Assembly: GCF_009914755.1 (NCBI RefSeq)
Contig: NC_060946.1
Strand: one strand, 5' to 3'
Length of the DNA stretch: 64,000 nt
From: the human T2T-CHM13v2.0 reference genome, Homo sapiens
The position numbers and the translations under genes were made by a program. Below the pieces are notes generated by a model, which worked only from the letters and a program-made list of their open reading frames with translations, was not told the DNA's origin and made no database searches. Below, in pieces: positions 53,088 through 64,000 of the stretch. Numbering within the stretch: the first letter of the stretch is position 1; every line of letters starts with the position of its first letter.

Positions 53088-54140
53088 GGTCCTGGTCATT
53101 ACCTCTTTCCTCCTGCCCAGCATGTGCTCACACCAGCCCCTCTGCCTCATAGTCCTTCCCACAGGCCCTTTTTCTTACATTGTTTTAGAGAAGGTAAGCT
53201 CAGAGGGACTTTTAATCCATCTGGGATTCAGACATGATGGCCCATATGTACTGGATGGTGACGATGCGCATGGCACCATTCTAAGCATGTTACAGTGATT
53301 AACTCACTTAAGGGACTCCATGAGGCAGGTATTGCTATACCCACTGTGCAGAGGACGCTGAGCACAGACAAGTAACTTGCCCAAGGTCACACAGCTGGAA
53401 ATTGTAGAGAAGCTGGAACGTGAACCCAGAAGCTGTGCCCCTGGCCACAGGGCAATCCTGCTTAAAGGCAGCACGAGGTTATGGGTGAGAGCGCTGATGG
53501 CAAGGCAGGCTGCCTGTGTTTAGATCCTGGCTCCTGTACTGCGGGGCAGCATGGTCTTGATCACATTACCTGCCAGTGTCTGTTTCCTCCTCTGTAAAAT
53601 GGGGATAACAACGGTACCACCCAACATTGGCGCTATCTCCAGGCCTAGGTGTCCTGGATCCTTCTGCCCCCTTTACACTCTGTGCAGCATCCAGACCTGC
53701 TTGTAATGAGCTCCTCTACTCCCCCACCAAAGCTCTGGTGAATTAATGTCCCTGTGGGGTATAAGTAACTGACAGTAACTTCCTCAGTCTCCTTGCAGCC
53801 TAATCTAAGATGCCTTCTAAAGAATAGCATTCTAATGTGAAATTTTTGTCCTGTGAAAGGCTAATGGGAGAAATCAGATTCCTTTGCAAGGTTACAGAAA
53901 AAACAGGACAATGAGTATCTCTAAGAGAGAATGTTCACTTGGAGTGTCGATGGGGTTAGGTGGCTGATACAGGATGAAAGGCTTTCCTTTGGCTCCCTGA
54001 CTTGCTAGGTTTGAGGATTTCCCTGGTCCTGATCATTACCTCTTTCCTCCTGCCCAGCATGTGCTCACACCAGCCCCTCTGCCTCATAGTCCTTCTTCTT
54101 ACATTTTTTTAGACAAGGTAAGCTCAGAGGGACTTTTAAT
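53088..54140 (+). repeat. Dispersed ~120-bp direct repeat (53088-53216 and 54025-54140)
   Basis: GGTCCTG.TCATTACCTCTTTCCTCCTGCCCAGCATGTGCTCACACCAGCCCCTCTGCCTCATAGTCCTTC...AAGGTAAGCTCAGAGGGACTTTTAAT occurs twice. Confidence 0.93.
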
Positions 54141-54227
54141 ATGCCAATCGATGTTAATAAAACACAACTCAAAGACAAGTGCAAACATGCTTTCAACCAA
54201 CATTAATGAGGAAACAAGACACAAATT

Positions 54228-54486
54228 CTTTTTCTTTTTATATTTTATATTTGAGATGGAATCTCGCTGTCGCCCAAGCTGGAGTGCAGTGGCGTGATCT
54301 CCACTCACCACAAGCTCCTCCTCCTGGGTTCACGCCATTCTCCTGCCTCAGACTCCTGAGTAGCTGGGACTACAGGCGCCTGCAAACATGCCCGGCTAAT
54401 TTTTTGTATTACAGTAGAGATGGGGTTTCACCGTGTTAGCCAGGATGGTCTCGATATCCTCATCTCATGATATGCCCGCCTCAGCC
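54228..54486 (-). mobile_element. AluY-like, 5' end missing, no TSD seen
   Basis: CACGCCATTCTCC, GTGTTAGCCAGGATGGTCTCGAT; ends at GCCTCAGCC. Confidence 0.9.
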
Positions 54487-54739
54487 AATATTTAAGTAAA
54501 TATTTATGACAATATTTAAGTCATAAAAACCAAACAAATACTAAATTTGCTAACTAAGAGACCTTCATTAAAGGAAATTCTAAGAGATGTTTTTCAGTAG
54601 AAGGGCGTTCCCCTAGATGGAAGACTTGAGTTGCAAGAAGAAATGGTGAGTACGTAAGAAGACAAACAATGTGAGTAAAAATAAATGAACACTGACTATA
54701 CAACATGTAGTTTCCAGTGGATTAAGAATAAGATGAGAA

Positions 54740-55830
54740 GCAAAACCATAAAACTTCTAAAGATAATATAGTAAAACTACCTTAATAGCCCCAGCGGGTT
54801 TTCATATAAAACCTAAACAAATTCTGTTCACCAAAAAAAAAACACTATCAGGATCAAAGACCCAAATATAAGGGGTAAAACTATAAAATCTGTAGAAGAA
54901 AACATAGGTATAAATCTGTGACCGTGAATTAGGCAACCGGTCTTAGATACAACACTAAATGCAAGAGTGACAAAAGGAAAAAACAAACTGGACTTTAACA
55001 AAATTCAAAACTTTTGTACTTCAGAGGATACCATCAGGAAAGTGAAAAGAACCCACAGAATGAGAGAAAATATCTATTAAGTCATACATCTGATGAGGAA
55101 CTAATGTCCAGAATATATAACGAATTCTTAGAATAACAAAAAGACAACCCAATTAAATGAGCAAACAATCTAAACGAACATTTCTCTAAAAAGATAAACA
55201 AATGGCCAATCAGCACATGAAAAGATGCTCAACATCATTAGTCATTAAGGATATGCAAATGAAAACTAGATACCACTTCACATCTACAAGGATGGCTATA
55301 TTTTTTTTAAAAAAGGAAAATAAGAGATGTTGGCAAGGAGGTAGGAAAAAACGGAACCTCCATACACTGCTGGTAATAATATAAAATGGTACAGAGACTT
55401 TGGGAAACAGTTTTGAAGTTTTTCAAAAATTTAAACATAGATTTACCATATGCCCACTACCAGATATATAAAGAAAATTGTAAAAATACGTCCACACAAA
55501 AACGAGTACATGAATCTCATCCCAGTACATTATTAATCATAGTCAAAAAATGAACACGACTCAAATATCCATCAACTAATGAATGGATAAACAAAACATA
55601 GTATACTCACGCAATGGGATTCAGGCATATAAAGCAATGAAGTGCTGACACAAGATACGACATGGATGAATCAGGACAACATGCTAAATAAATGAAGCCA
55701 AACACCAAAGGTCACATATGATTCTGTTCTTTTTTGATATTTGGCATATGCTAGTCCATAGAGACAGAGAATAGACTAGTGGTTGCCAGGGGCTGGGAAA
55801 AGGGGGAAATGGGGAGTAACTGCTAGTAAT
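54740..55830 (+). mobile_element. L1MB-type ORF2 end and 3' UTR
   Basis: GCACATGAAAAGATGCTCAACATCATTAGTCATT, CCATCAACTAATGAATGGATAAAC, AGTGGTTGCCAGGGGCTGG. Confidence 0.85.
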
Positions 55831-56350
55831 ATATTAAAATATTAAATCTAACAAATATCTAGGTAGACTGATGGAGAAAAATACAGAAAATACACAAAAA
55901 AACAATTATCTGGAATGCGAAGGTTAGAAAACGTCAGCAGTTATAGATTTTAAATTAGCAATGACTTTGAGTTCAACCATGATGGGGTATATTGAAAAGA
56001 ATCAGAAAAAAAGAAAAAGAAAACTTATAAAGCTATGTACAAAAAGTTAAGCACTATTAAAGTCTTCCAATTCTACCAGTTATGGAGTTATTGGTCTTGG
56101 ACTAACTCTCCTGAAAAGAAAAAAACAAAATGAAACAAAACAAAACCCAAAAACCTGGATAAAATGGACTACCGTGGGCACTGGCCATGCAACCAAGCAG
56201 GTAGGACATGGGTGCTACATTCTCTTTGTCAGAACACAAAGCATTCATACACTCCCGAGCTGGGAGAGCTGGACCCGGAGGGCCCCTCGGCGCTGCCCTT
56301 GCCAGGACGCCAGTGGAGCTGGCAGCCCAGTCTGCCATTCCCGCCCTCAG

Positions 56351-58150
56351 AGCCGCGGCGGCGGGGGTAAAAATCCTCGGCGGCGGGGGTAAAAAGCGGC
56401 GGCGGCAAAAAGCGGGGGCGGTGGGGTAAAAAGGCGCGGAAGCGCGGGCAAAAAGCCGCGGGAGCAGGGTCAAAAAACCACAAAAAGCCGCAGCGGCGGG
56501 GGGAAAAAGCCACTGCGGCAAAAAGCCTCGGCGTCGGGAGCAAAAAGCCATGGCATCGGGGGTAAAAGCCACGGCGGCGGGGGCCAAAAGCCGCGGCATC
56601 GGGGGAAAAAGCCAAGGCGGCGGGGGCAGAAAACCGCGGCGGCAGGGAGCAAAAGGCCGCGGCGGTGGGCGCAAAAAGCTATGGCGGCGGGGGCAAAAAG
56701 GGGCGGCGGCGGGAAGCAAAAAGCCGCGGCGCTGGGGGCAAAAAGCCGCGTTGGCAAAACCCGCGGCGGCGGGCGCAAAAAGCACCGGCGGCCGAAACAC
56801 GCGGCAGGGGGAGCAAAAAGTCGCGGCGGTGGGGGCAAAAAGCCGCAAAAAGTAGCGGCGGCGGGGAAAAAAACCCGCGACGGGGGGAAAAGCCGCGGCG
56901 GCATGGGCAAAAAGCCACCTCGGCAAAAGCCGCGGCGGCGGGGACAAAAAGCCGCGGCGGTGGGCGCAAAAAGCCCTGGCGGTGGGGGTCAAAAGCCGCG
57001 GCGGCAAAACCCATGGCGGCGGGGGCAAAAAGCTGCAAAAAGCAGCGGCGGTGGGGGCAAAAACCCGCGGCGGCAAAAGGTCGCGGCGGGGGGCCAAAAA
57101 GCCGCGGCGGCCAAAACCCGCGGGAGGGGGAGGCGGGCAAAAAGACGTGGCGGCCAAAACCTGCGGCTGGAGGAGCAAAAAGCCGCGGCGGCGGGGGAAA
57201 CAAGCCCCGGCGGCAGGAGCGAAAAGCGCAAAAAGCAGCGGCGGCGGGGGCAAAAAGCCTCGGCGGCAGGGGCAGAAAACCGCGACGGCGGGGGCAGAAA
57301 TCCACGGCGATGGGGAGCAAAAAGCCGCGGCGGCGGGCGCAAAAAACCGCGGCGGCAGGGACAAAAAGGGGCGGCGGGCAGCAAAAACCGCGGCGGCGGG
57401 GCGCAAAAAACCGCGGCGGCGGGGGCGAAAAGCCGCAAAAAGCAGCGGCGGCGGGGGCAAAAACCGCGGCGGCAAAAAGCCGCGGCGGCGGGGACAAAAA
57501 GGGGCGGTGGCGGGAAGCAAAAAGCCGCGTTGGCAAAACCTGTGGCAGCGGGCGCAAAAAGCACCGGCGGCCAAAACCCGCAGCGGTCAGAGCAAAAAGC
57601 CGCCGCGAGGTGGGGAACAAAAGCCCTGGCGGTGGGGGTCAAAAGCCGCATCGGCAAAACCCATGGTGGCGGGGACAAAAAGCTGCAAAAAGCCGCGGCG
57701 GCGGGGGAAAAAACGGCGGCAAAAGTTCGCGGCGGCGGGGGGCCAAAAAGCCGCGGCGGTGGGGGCAAAAAGCCACGGCGGCCAAAACCCGCGGTGTGTG
57801 GGGGGGCAAAAAGCCATGGCGGCCAAAACCTAAGGCGGCAGGAGCAAAAAGCCGCGGCGACGGGGGCAAAAAACTGCAGCGGTGGGGGCAAATAGCCTCG
57901 GCGGCCGGGGCGAAAAGCCGCAAAAAGCAGCGCCGGCGGGGGGAAAAAGCCTTGGCGGCAGGAGCAGAAAGCCGCGACGGCGGGGAGCAAAAAGCCGCGG
58001 CGGCGGGGACAAAAAGCCGCGGCGGCGCGGGAGAAAGCCGGAGCGATGGGGGCAACAAGCCGCGGCGGCAAAAACCTGCGGCGGGGGTGACAAAAAGCCG
58101 CGGCGGCGGGAGCAAAGAGCCACAAAAACCCGCTGCGGCTGGGACAAAAT
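56351..58150. repeat. GC-rich pericentromeric tandem repeat, unit ~CAAAAAGCCGCGGCGGCGGGGG
   Basis: ~1.8 kb of A4-6 tracts alternating with GCCGCGGCGGCGGGGG. This repeat type is known from hominoid pericentromeric duplicon junctions. Confidence 0.92.
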
Positions 58151-58292
58151 AGTGGAAATGGGGTAGAAGGCCAGCACAGCTTGGCATTCCTGGAGTGTGA
58201 TGTGGAAGAAAAAGTGCAGCGGAAGACAAAGGTGTAAGTAGGCTTGACTCAGTGCAGCTAAGAACCCAGATGTTATCTTGATGTTAGTCTAT

Positions 58293-58418
58293 CAGCTAAT
58301 TTTTTGTATTTTAGTAGAGAAGGGGTTTTACCACGTTGGCCAGGATAGTCTCGATCTCCTGACCTCATGATCCAAGCACCTCCGCCTCCAAAAGTGATGG
58401 GATTAGAGGCATGAGGCA
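58293..58418 (-). mobile_element. Partial Alu (left arm)
   Basis: GCTAATTTTTTGTATTTTAGTAGAG..TCTCGATCTCCTGACCTC..GGGATTA.AGGCATGAG. Confidence 0.85.
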
Positions 58419-59453
58419 CAAAGTGCTCAAAAAATCTATTAATTAAAAAATGTGTATGTAGCCGTTTTTAATCTACCATGTCCATTAGCAGATAAATACT
58501 ATAAGCAAAATAACAACAATGAAAGAAACATAGACTTAGAGTAGATACAGTGATTTATTTAATAAAAATTTGAAAATAGACCAAATTACTCTATGATAAA
58601 AAAAAATCTGTTACTATTGAGGATGAGGGTTAGTGTTTGGAAAGGGGCAGGAGAAGTCTCACTATATTTAGTAATGTTCTATTTTCATACATGGTTATGA
58701 GCAAATACATGTGTTTCATTAATCAAGCTATCCATATTTAATCATTGTACTTTTCTGCATGTATGATATATGTCAATAAAATAAATTATTGCAATAAAAT
58801 AAAGCAAAAATAGACAAAACCACAAGACATACACAAATGTTAAACCTAGAGAGAAATTTGAATATGAGTAAGTCTCTGAGTGACTGGTAGAAGAAACCGA
58901 AAAATAATCAGGATGGAGAGGTTTGGAACAGCATGATTAGCAAAATTGACATATCTGTCTTTTAATATAGGCAGAAACATAGATAAAAAAAGGACTTGTC
59001 TCAGAGTATGATTTCTGAAAATAGTGGAATCAAGTTTGAATCTAGCAAGTACATAATAAATGTCTTAAAACTCCTCTTATGTTAGCTAATTAAATATTGT
59101 AATAGATATTAGAAAATATTTTAATAAGTTGAGTGGATTTCACACGCTAAGGAAATGATCTTACTTGCATTTGATAGTTCAATTACATACATATATACCT
59201 ATAGGCAGTTTAAAATACTTCTAATAACCTTATATACTTTTAAAAAGCATTGATATCTGTTTGCACTATCTGGTCTATAGAGTACACACACGAAACATGA
59301 TTATAGCTCTTCTGCTATAAACTTCAAATGTCTAATTAATACAAAAATCTAGAATGAGAGGAGTTCTTTGCAATTTTTTTTTTACCAAATAGAATATAGG
59401 AAAGATAGCTGCAAATATACCTGACACACTTATCTGTGAGTATGGTGGTAGCC

Positions 59454-59755
59454 TTTTTATTTTATTTTGTTTTATTTGAGAGAGAGTCTCACCTTGTCAC
59501 CCAAGATGCAGTGCAGTCATGTGATCAGAGCTCACTGAAGCCTTCACATACTGTGCTCAAGCGATTCTCCCACCTCAGCCTCCTGAGTAACAGGGACTGC
59601 AGGTGCATGACACCATACTAGCTAATTTTTGTAAAGATGGGGTTTCACTATGTTGCCCTGGCTGATCTCCAACTCCTGGACTAAAGAGATCTGGCCACCT
59701 TAGCCTCCCAAAGTGCTGGGATTATAGTTTTGAGGCACCGCGATCAGCCCAGCCT
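59454..59755 (-). mobile_element. AluJ-like
   Basis: GCTCACTG.AGCCT, GCTCAAGCGAT, CACTATGTTGCCC, CCCAAAGTGCTGGGATTA. Confidence 0.9.
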
Positions 59756-62700
59756 TAAAAAAGGCTGACTAGAGATCTTTATCTATGTATATCTATATCT
59801 ATTTATAAAATAAACTTGTTTATTATATAAAAATTTATTAATATATAAAATTTTTTTTCAAGGTAGAAATATATAAAGAGGGTACATGTAGAGCCTCGGT
59901 CATTGTGTAGTAAAGCTCAAGGCCTTTGAAGAAATGCCCCTTGCCTCTTTTGTCTGTGCTAGAATCCGAGAAGGGAAAGCAGCAGATGCACTGGTTCCCA
60001 GGTTCTTGGCATCCTACAGAGAGAAACATGTTTGAGCTAGAGTAGCGTTAAACACCCTTGTTCTTACTCTCCTGTTTTATATAGTGAGCAGAGACTAGCT
60101 TCATGAGAACAGACTGTGATAGTCAAGGCTGTCTGTTATTTTGTGCAGCATTAATTGAGAAATTCTAGCACCTGAAGACCTCTGGGCCATTTGAGGGTAG
60201 GTGCTGGGGAGTAAAGGGAAGTTTGCATCCCTCCTGCTGTGGAGAGAACCCGTGGGAAGCACAGACCTTGTCCTAACTGAAGGCAGACCCCTTGCTAACC
60301 AGCTTCTCATCAGCCAACCCTGGATGAGTTTCCATGTCTATTTACTAAATAATCCTTATTGCTTTTCTTCATATGGGCAAAGTATGGTTTACAGGGACTA
60401 TTGTTCCTTTGAACACCCATCGTGCAAACCCCTTCCTGTTGTGGGAAAACAGGCTTCCATATGTGTCTTATTGGGAAACACATATGCAATTTCTATGTTT
60501 TTACTGCATCTATTTCATGGATATGGGAACTGAATAGTGCCCATCAAAGGCTCACCTCCTGTTGGAAATTGATCTGAGAGCGCGGAAGGACAGAATTATT
60601 TCTTTGTTCCTGGGCAGCTGTGGTTGAGGGATCATTTTGTGGCAGCTACAGTGGCAATGATGGAGGCAGAATGGAGGGCTCAGTACCAAGACAAGGAGAG
60701 ACTTAGCCTCACAATGGCAGCATTGCAGGGGTGCGCTCTACAGAGCATTTGCTCACATGGTTTTGGGCATTGTCTCTACATTGCTTCCCCAATAGGTTGA
60801 CCCATTCTAAATAACTCCTTTTCTCTTTAAAAAAGCAAACTTCATTTGTATGACTTGCAATTGTAAATGACACCAATTGGCCAGTTATCATTCAAATTCT
60901 CTGTTACTTTATCCTGCCTTTGCCTGACATATGCAACTTTCCCCTAAAAAATTGGACACTTTGTTGCTTACTCATTGTCTTTACACATTTTAAAATGTTG
61001 CTTTATGCCCCCAATCCCTAACTACATTTTCAATGTTTTGCAAGTGGAGTCCATGTGTTCTTGATTTACATGAAGCTCAAAATAATGGTTATAGTAACTA
61101 GTACTTCATAATTAAGCAAAAAGCTCTTATTGAAAAATGACAGAACTATACATAGAGATGAAAACATGGAGAGATATTTCCTGAGATCACAAAGTTATGG
61201 TATGCCAGAACTAGAAAGTTGAGAAGAGACTCTGTGTTCCCAATCATTATTTCTACCAGCAGCTTTCTATTTTGATGTTAATAATGTTCTTATGTGGGCA
61301 ACCCTACATATTTGCCAATGTTTAGTTCATTGACAAAGAAATAGAAAGAGCTTCAAGAACACTCTAATCTTTAAAAAATAAAATATCTATAATTGGCCAT
61401 ACGAAAAAAAAATTGGTACTTGACATATACTGAGATCGTTTTATTTTGTGCGAGACAAATGAAGTCATAGAACAGAATGTGCTTTAAGTTTTATGAATAG
61501 TGTTTGCGTGTGTGTGTGTGTGTGTCTATAGATGCATATTAGGCCGTTGAAAAGTTTTATTATTCTTTCCAGGAGAGAGACTGCCAACTTTTGAACCTAA
61601 TTAGAGCAAGTAGATTGCTTCTTCATATTTTTATGAAGGCAAAGAGAGTCTAGTTAAAAATAATTCAACTTGTCGTGGAAATGCTATAAATTGCTCTGAA
61701 GTGAGTTGCTGGCTATGGCTTGTCAGAGCAAATATATTGTACAAATCTTAGGGGAGAATTAGTGCTTATGCATTAAAATCAAATCATCTTGCAGCACACC
61801 GAGAAAACGGTTAGATTTTTAAAATAATTTCAAAGTCATGAAAAGAGCAAATATGCTCAAGAAAGAGCCTAGCAACCCTCAATGACCAATTCCCCTTTTA
61901 TATAGTTTGGTATCTGAATTAGAATGCCAGCATCTACAAATTCCTCTGGGTGTGGGTGCTGCATTTTGAGGATTTTATAACACTGCCATCACCAAGCTCT
62001 CTTTTGATATTCACTTTAAGGAGATAATTTACGGGCAACCAGGGAGCATAAACCAAAGTAGATGTCTATCTAGATATATAGATACATCTCCATATCATTG
62101 ACAAGATACCTTCTGGCCTAGTGTGAGTACAACCTATGGGTGTGGTTGGAGAGAACATGTGTTCCACCTGAATGGCAGATCAAGATTATTCCTTCTCATC
62201 TGCTGCAATGGCTCAGTGTGTTAAGGAGAGGAGCGAGACAGCAAGAACTGCATTCACTCAGTCATACAGACCAAAAGGAGGAATGTCTGCCAGCCCTCTT
62301 AACTGACCCAGAACCCAGCTCATGTCTCAACTGCTACCTCTACTATTTAGAAAGAAGTAACTCCGCCAAATCAGGGTTCTGGACAAATATATTTTTATTG
62401 ATCACATACAAATAGATGAAGATGGACTTGGATGTTAAGAAAAATCATACTATACAAAATCGAGAGTAGACAGTCACTCCTAGACTTAAATTAAGAGTGT
62501 GTACATTAGATAATTTAATCCAGTGTATCAGGTAAAAACTTGAACAAACCTTTTGGCCTCTTCCATACAATTCAGGGAAGCATGTCCTCCACAAAACAGT
62601 ATCAAAATATAAATAAAAGACTGGCTTAAGATGAAAGGAAACCTTATGAATGAAAAGAAGCCAGATGAGAGGCACTTAACTGAGAATGAAAAGAAACTGA

Positions 62701-63689
62701 GTGGACAAAATAATTATGAGAAGATGAACCTTCAAATCAGAAAGAGGGAAAAAAGCTTAATTCCAGGAGTAAAGAAAAGTAGCATAGCTAAATTAAGAGC
62801 ATGAGAAAATGTTTTCAATTTTGAGTAATAAGAACAGAAATCAAAAGTAACTATTGTATGTTATATTTTAGTAGAGCAACACTGAAGAAGGATGAAAACA
62901 AGAAATAATATTAAATATGAACATATGGAGAACAGAATAATATTTTTAAAATTTTGAGTTTCTAAGTCTACCTGAAAATTTAATTTTGGTTTCTTATGTA
63001 ATACCAAAGTTATTAGGAAGTTATTAGCTAATAGCACTATTTTCAGTGATATTTTAAGTATTTGTCCTAGAAAAATTTCTATTTTTTAAAAATGTATATT
63101 TAAAAATACATTAAATGTGTATATATATCAATCGTATGTATCGATTTCTGTTTTTTTTGAATTGCAAATGAAATCTGTATTTTTGTGTTCCTGGAAAAAA
63201 ATAAACTTGACTGGATCGTAATATATTATTCATGCTGTAATTCAATGTATTTGAATACTTTAAGAATGTTACATTTATAGTTAACAGACATTGACCTATA
63301 AATTTTCTTTCATATAATGATGCTGTGAGACAATCTAAGAAGAATTAAAATTTAAATTCATGTATTCCTACTTTTTCCTCTGTTCTCTAACTGTAATATA
63401 TTTTAATTACAGATGGAGGCACAGATAGATGTTAGATAAATAGGTATACAATAGATCATCCAAAATTCTTATTCTTATGGTTTTATGCAGTCAGTATTTA
63501 CCTCTATTTTTCTACATGTTTATCCTTCCAATTTAGTTCATTACTTCCTGCACCTTTGATGTCATATATATAAACAGCAAATAACACATGGTGGTCGGGA
63601 TGTAGAGAGAGCCACAAGACTTGTGAATAAAATCCACAGGCAAGCATGTGGCGATTCCTTTTGCAGTTTTGGAGGGAATGCCAAACCCT

Positions 63690-64000
63690 ATGTTTGCTGT
63701 GGAAAAGAGTATGGTAGTTCCTCAAAACATCAAAATGATATTGCCATATGACTCAGCAGCGCCACATCTCAGGATAGCAAAAGAATTGAAAGCAGAGTCT
63801 TGAAAAAATATTTGCACATCCATGTTTGCAGCAGCATTATTGGCAATAGCTAAAACGTAGAAGCAAGTGAAGTGTCCAACAACAGATGAATGGATAAGCA
63901 CAATATGATATATACATACAATGGAATATTATTCAGCCTTAAACATGAGGGAAATATTCTGACATATGTTGCAACTTGGATGAAACTTGAGGATATTACA
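63690..64000 (+). mobile_element. L1MA/MB-type 3' region (runs off the window)
   Basis: GAATTGAAAGCAG.GTCT..TTTGCACATCCATGTT..GCAGCATTATT..CAGATGAATGGATAAG..AACTTGAGGA.ATT. Confidence 0.85.

Noticed and set aside
56102-58229. Very long ORFs (up to 495 aa) on both strands
   Set aside because: They lie almost wholly in the GC-rich tandem repeat. Lack of T on one strand removes stop codons, and the translations are low-complexity with no domain.

Overview
This is primate (human/great-ape-like) non-coding DNA with no intact protein-coding gene. It looks like a pericentromeric segmental-duplication mosaic. (1) ~1-25 kb is AT-rich and L1/LTR-dense. It carries a complete L1 3'-transduction of CFTR exon 10 (legacy exon 9) in antisense orientation: an inverted plus sense L1PA 3' end, ~400 bp of CFTR intron, the exon, its TG/T tract, AATAAA, poly(A) and a 9-bp TSD. 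(2) An unprocessed barttin (BSND) pseudogene lies on the - strand. Exon 1 (52.3-52.5 kb) and exon 4 (26.4-26.8 kb) are ~25 kb apart, exons 2-3 are not recognisable, and two mutually homologous (CAT/CAC)n tracts bracket a 19-kb interval between them. (3) That interval contains a CpG island and a 3.2-kb 18/19-bp minisatellite with an internal inversion. (4) A 1.8-kb GC-rich CAAAAAGCCGCGGCGGCGGGGG-type repeat sits at 56.3-58.2 kb. The CFTR-exon plus BSND-pseudogene combination recalls the chr20 pericentromeric CFTRP/BSNDP/FAM182 cluster, but the paralog and species cannot be fixed without alignment. Gene matches and repeat subfamilies were assigned by eye from recalled sequences, and many repeat boundaries are approximate. 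I found no evidence for a novel protein-coding system; the interest lies in rearrangement and retrotransposition signatures.
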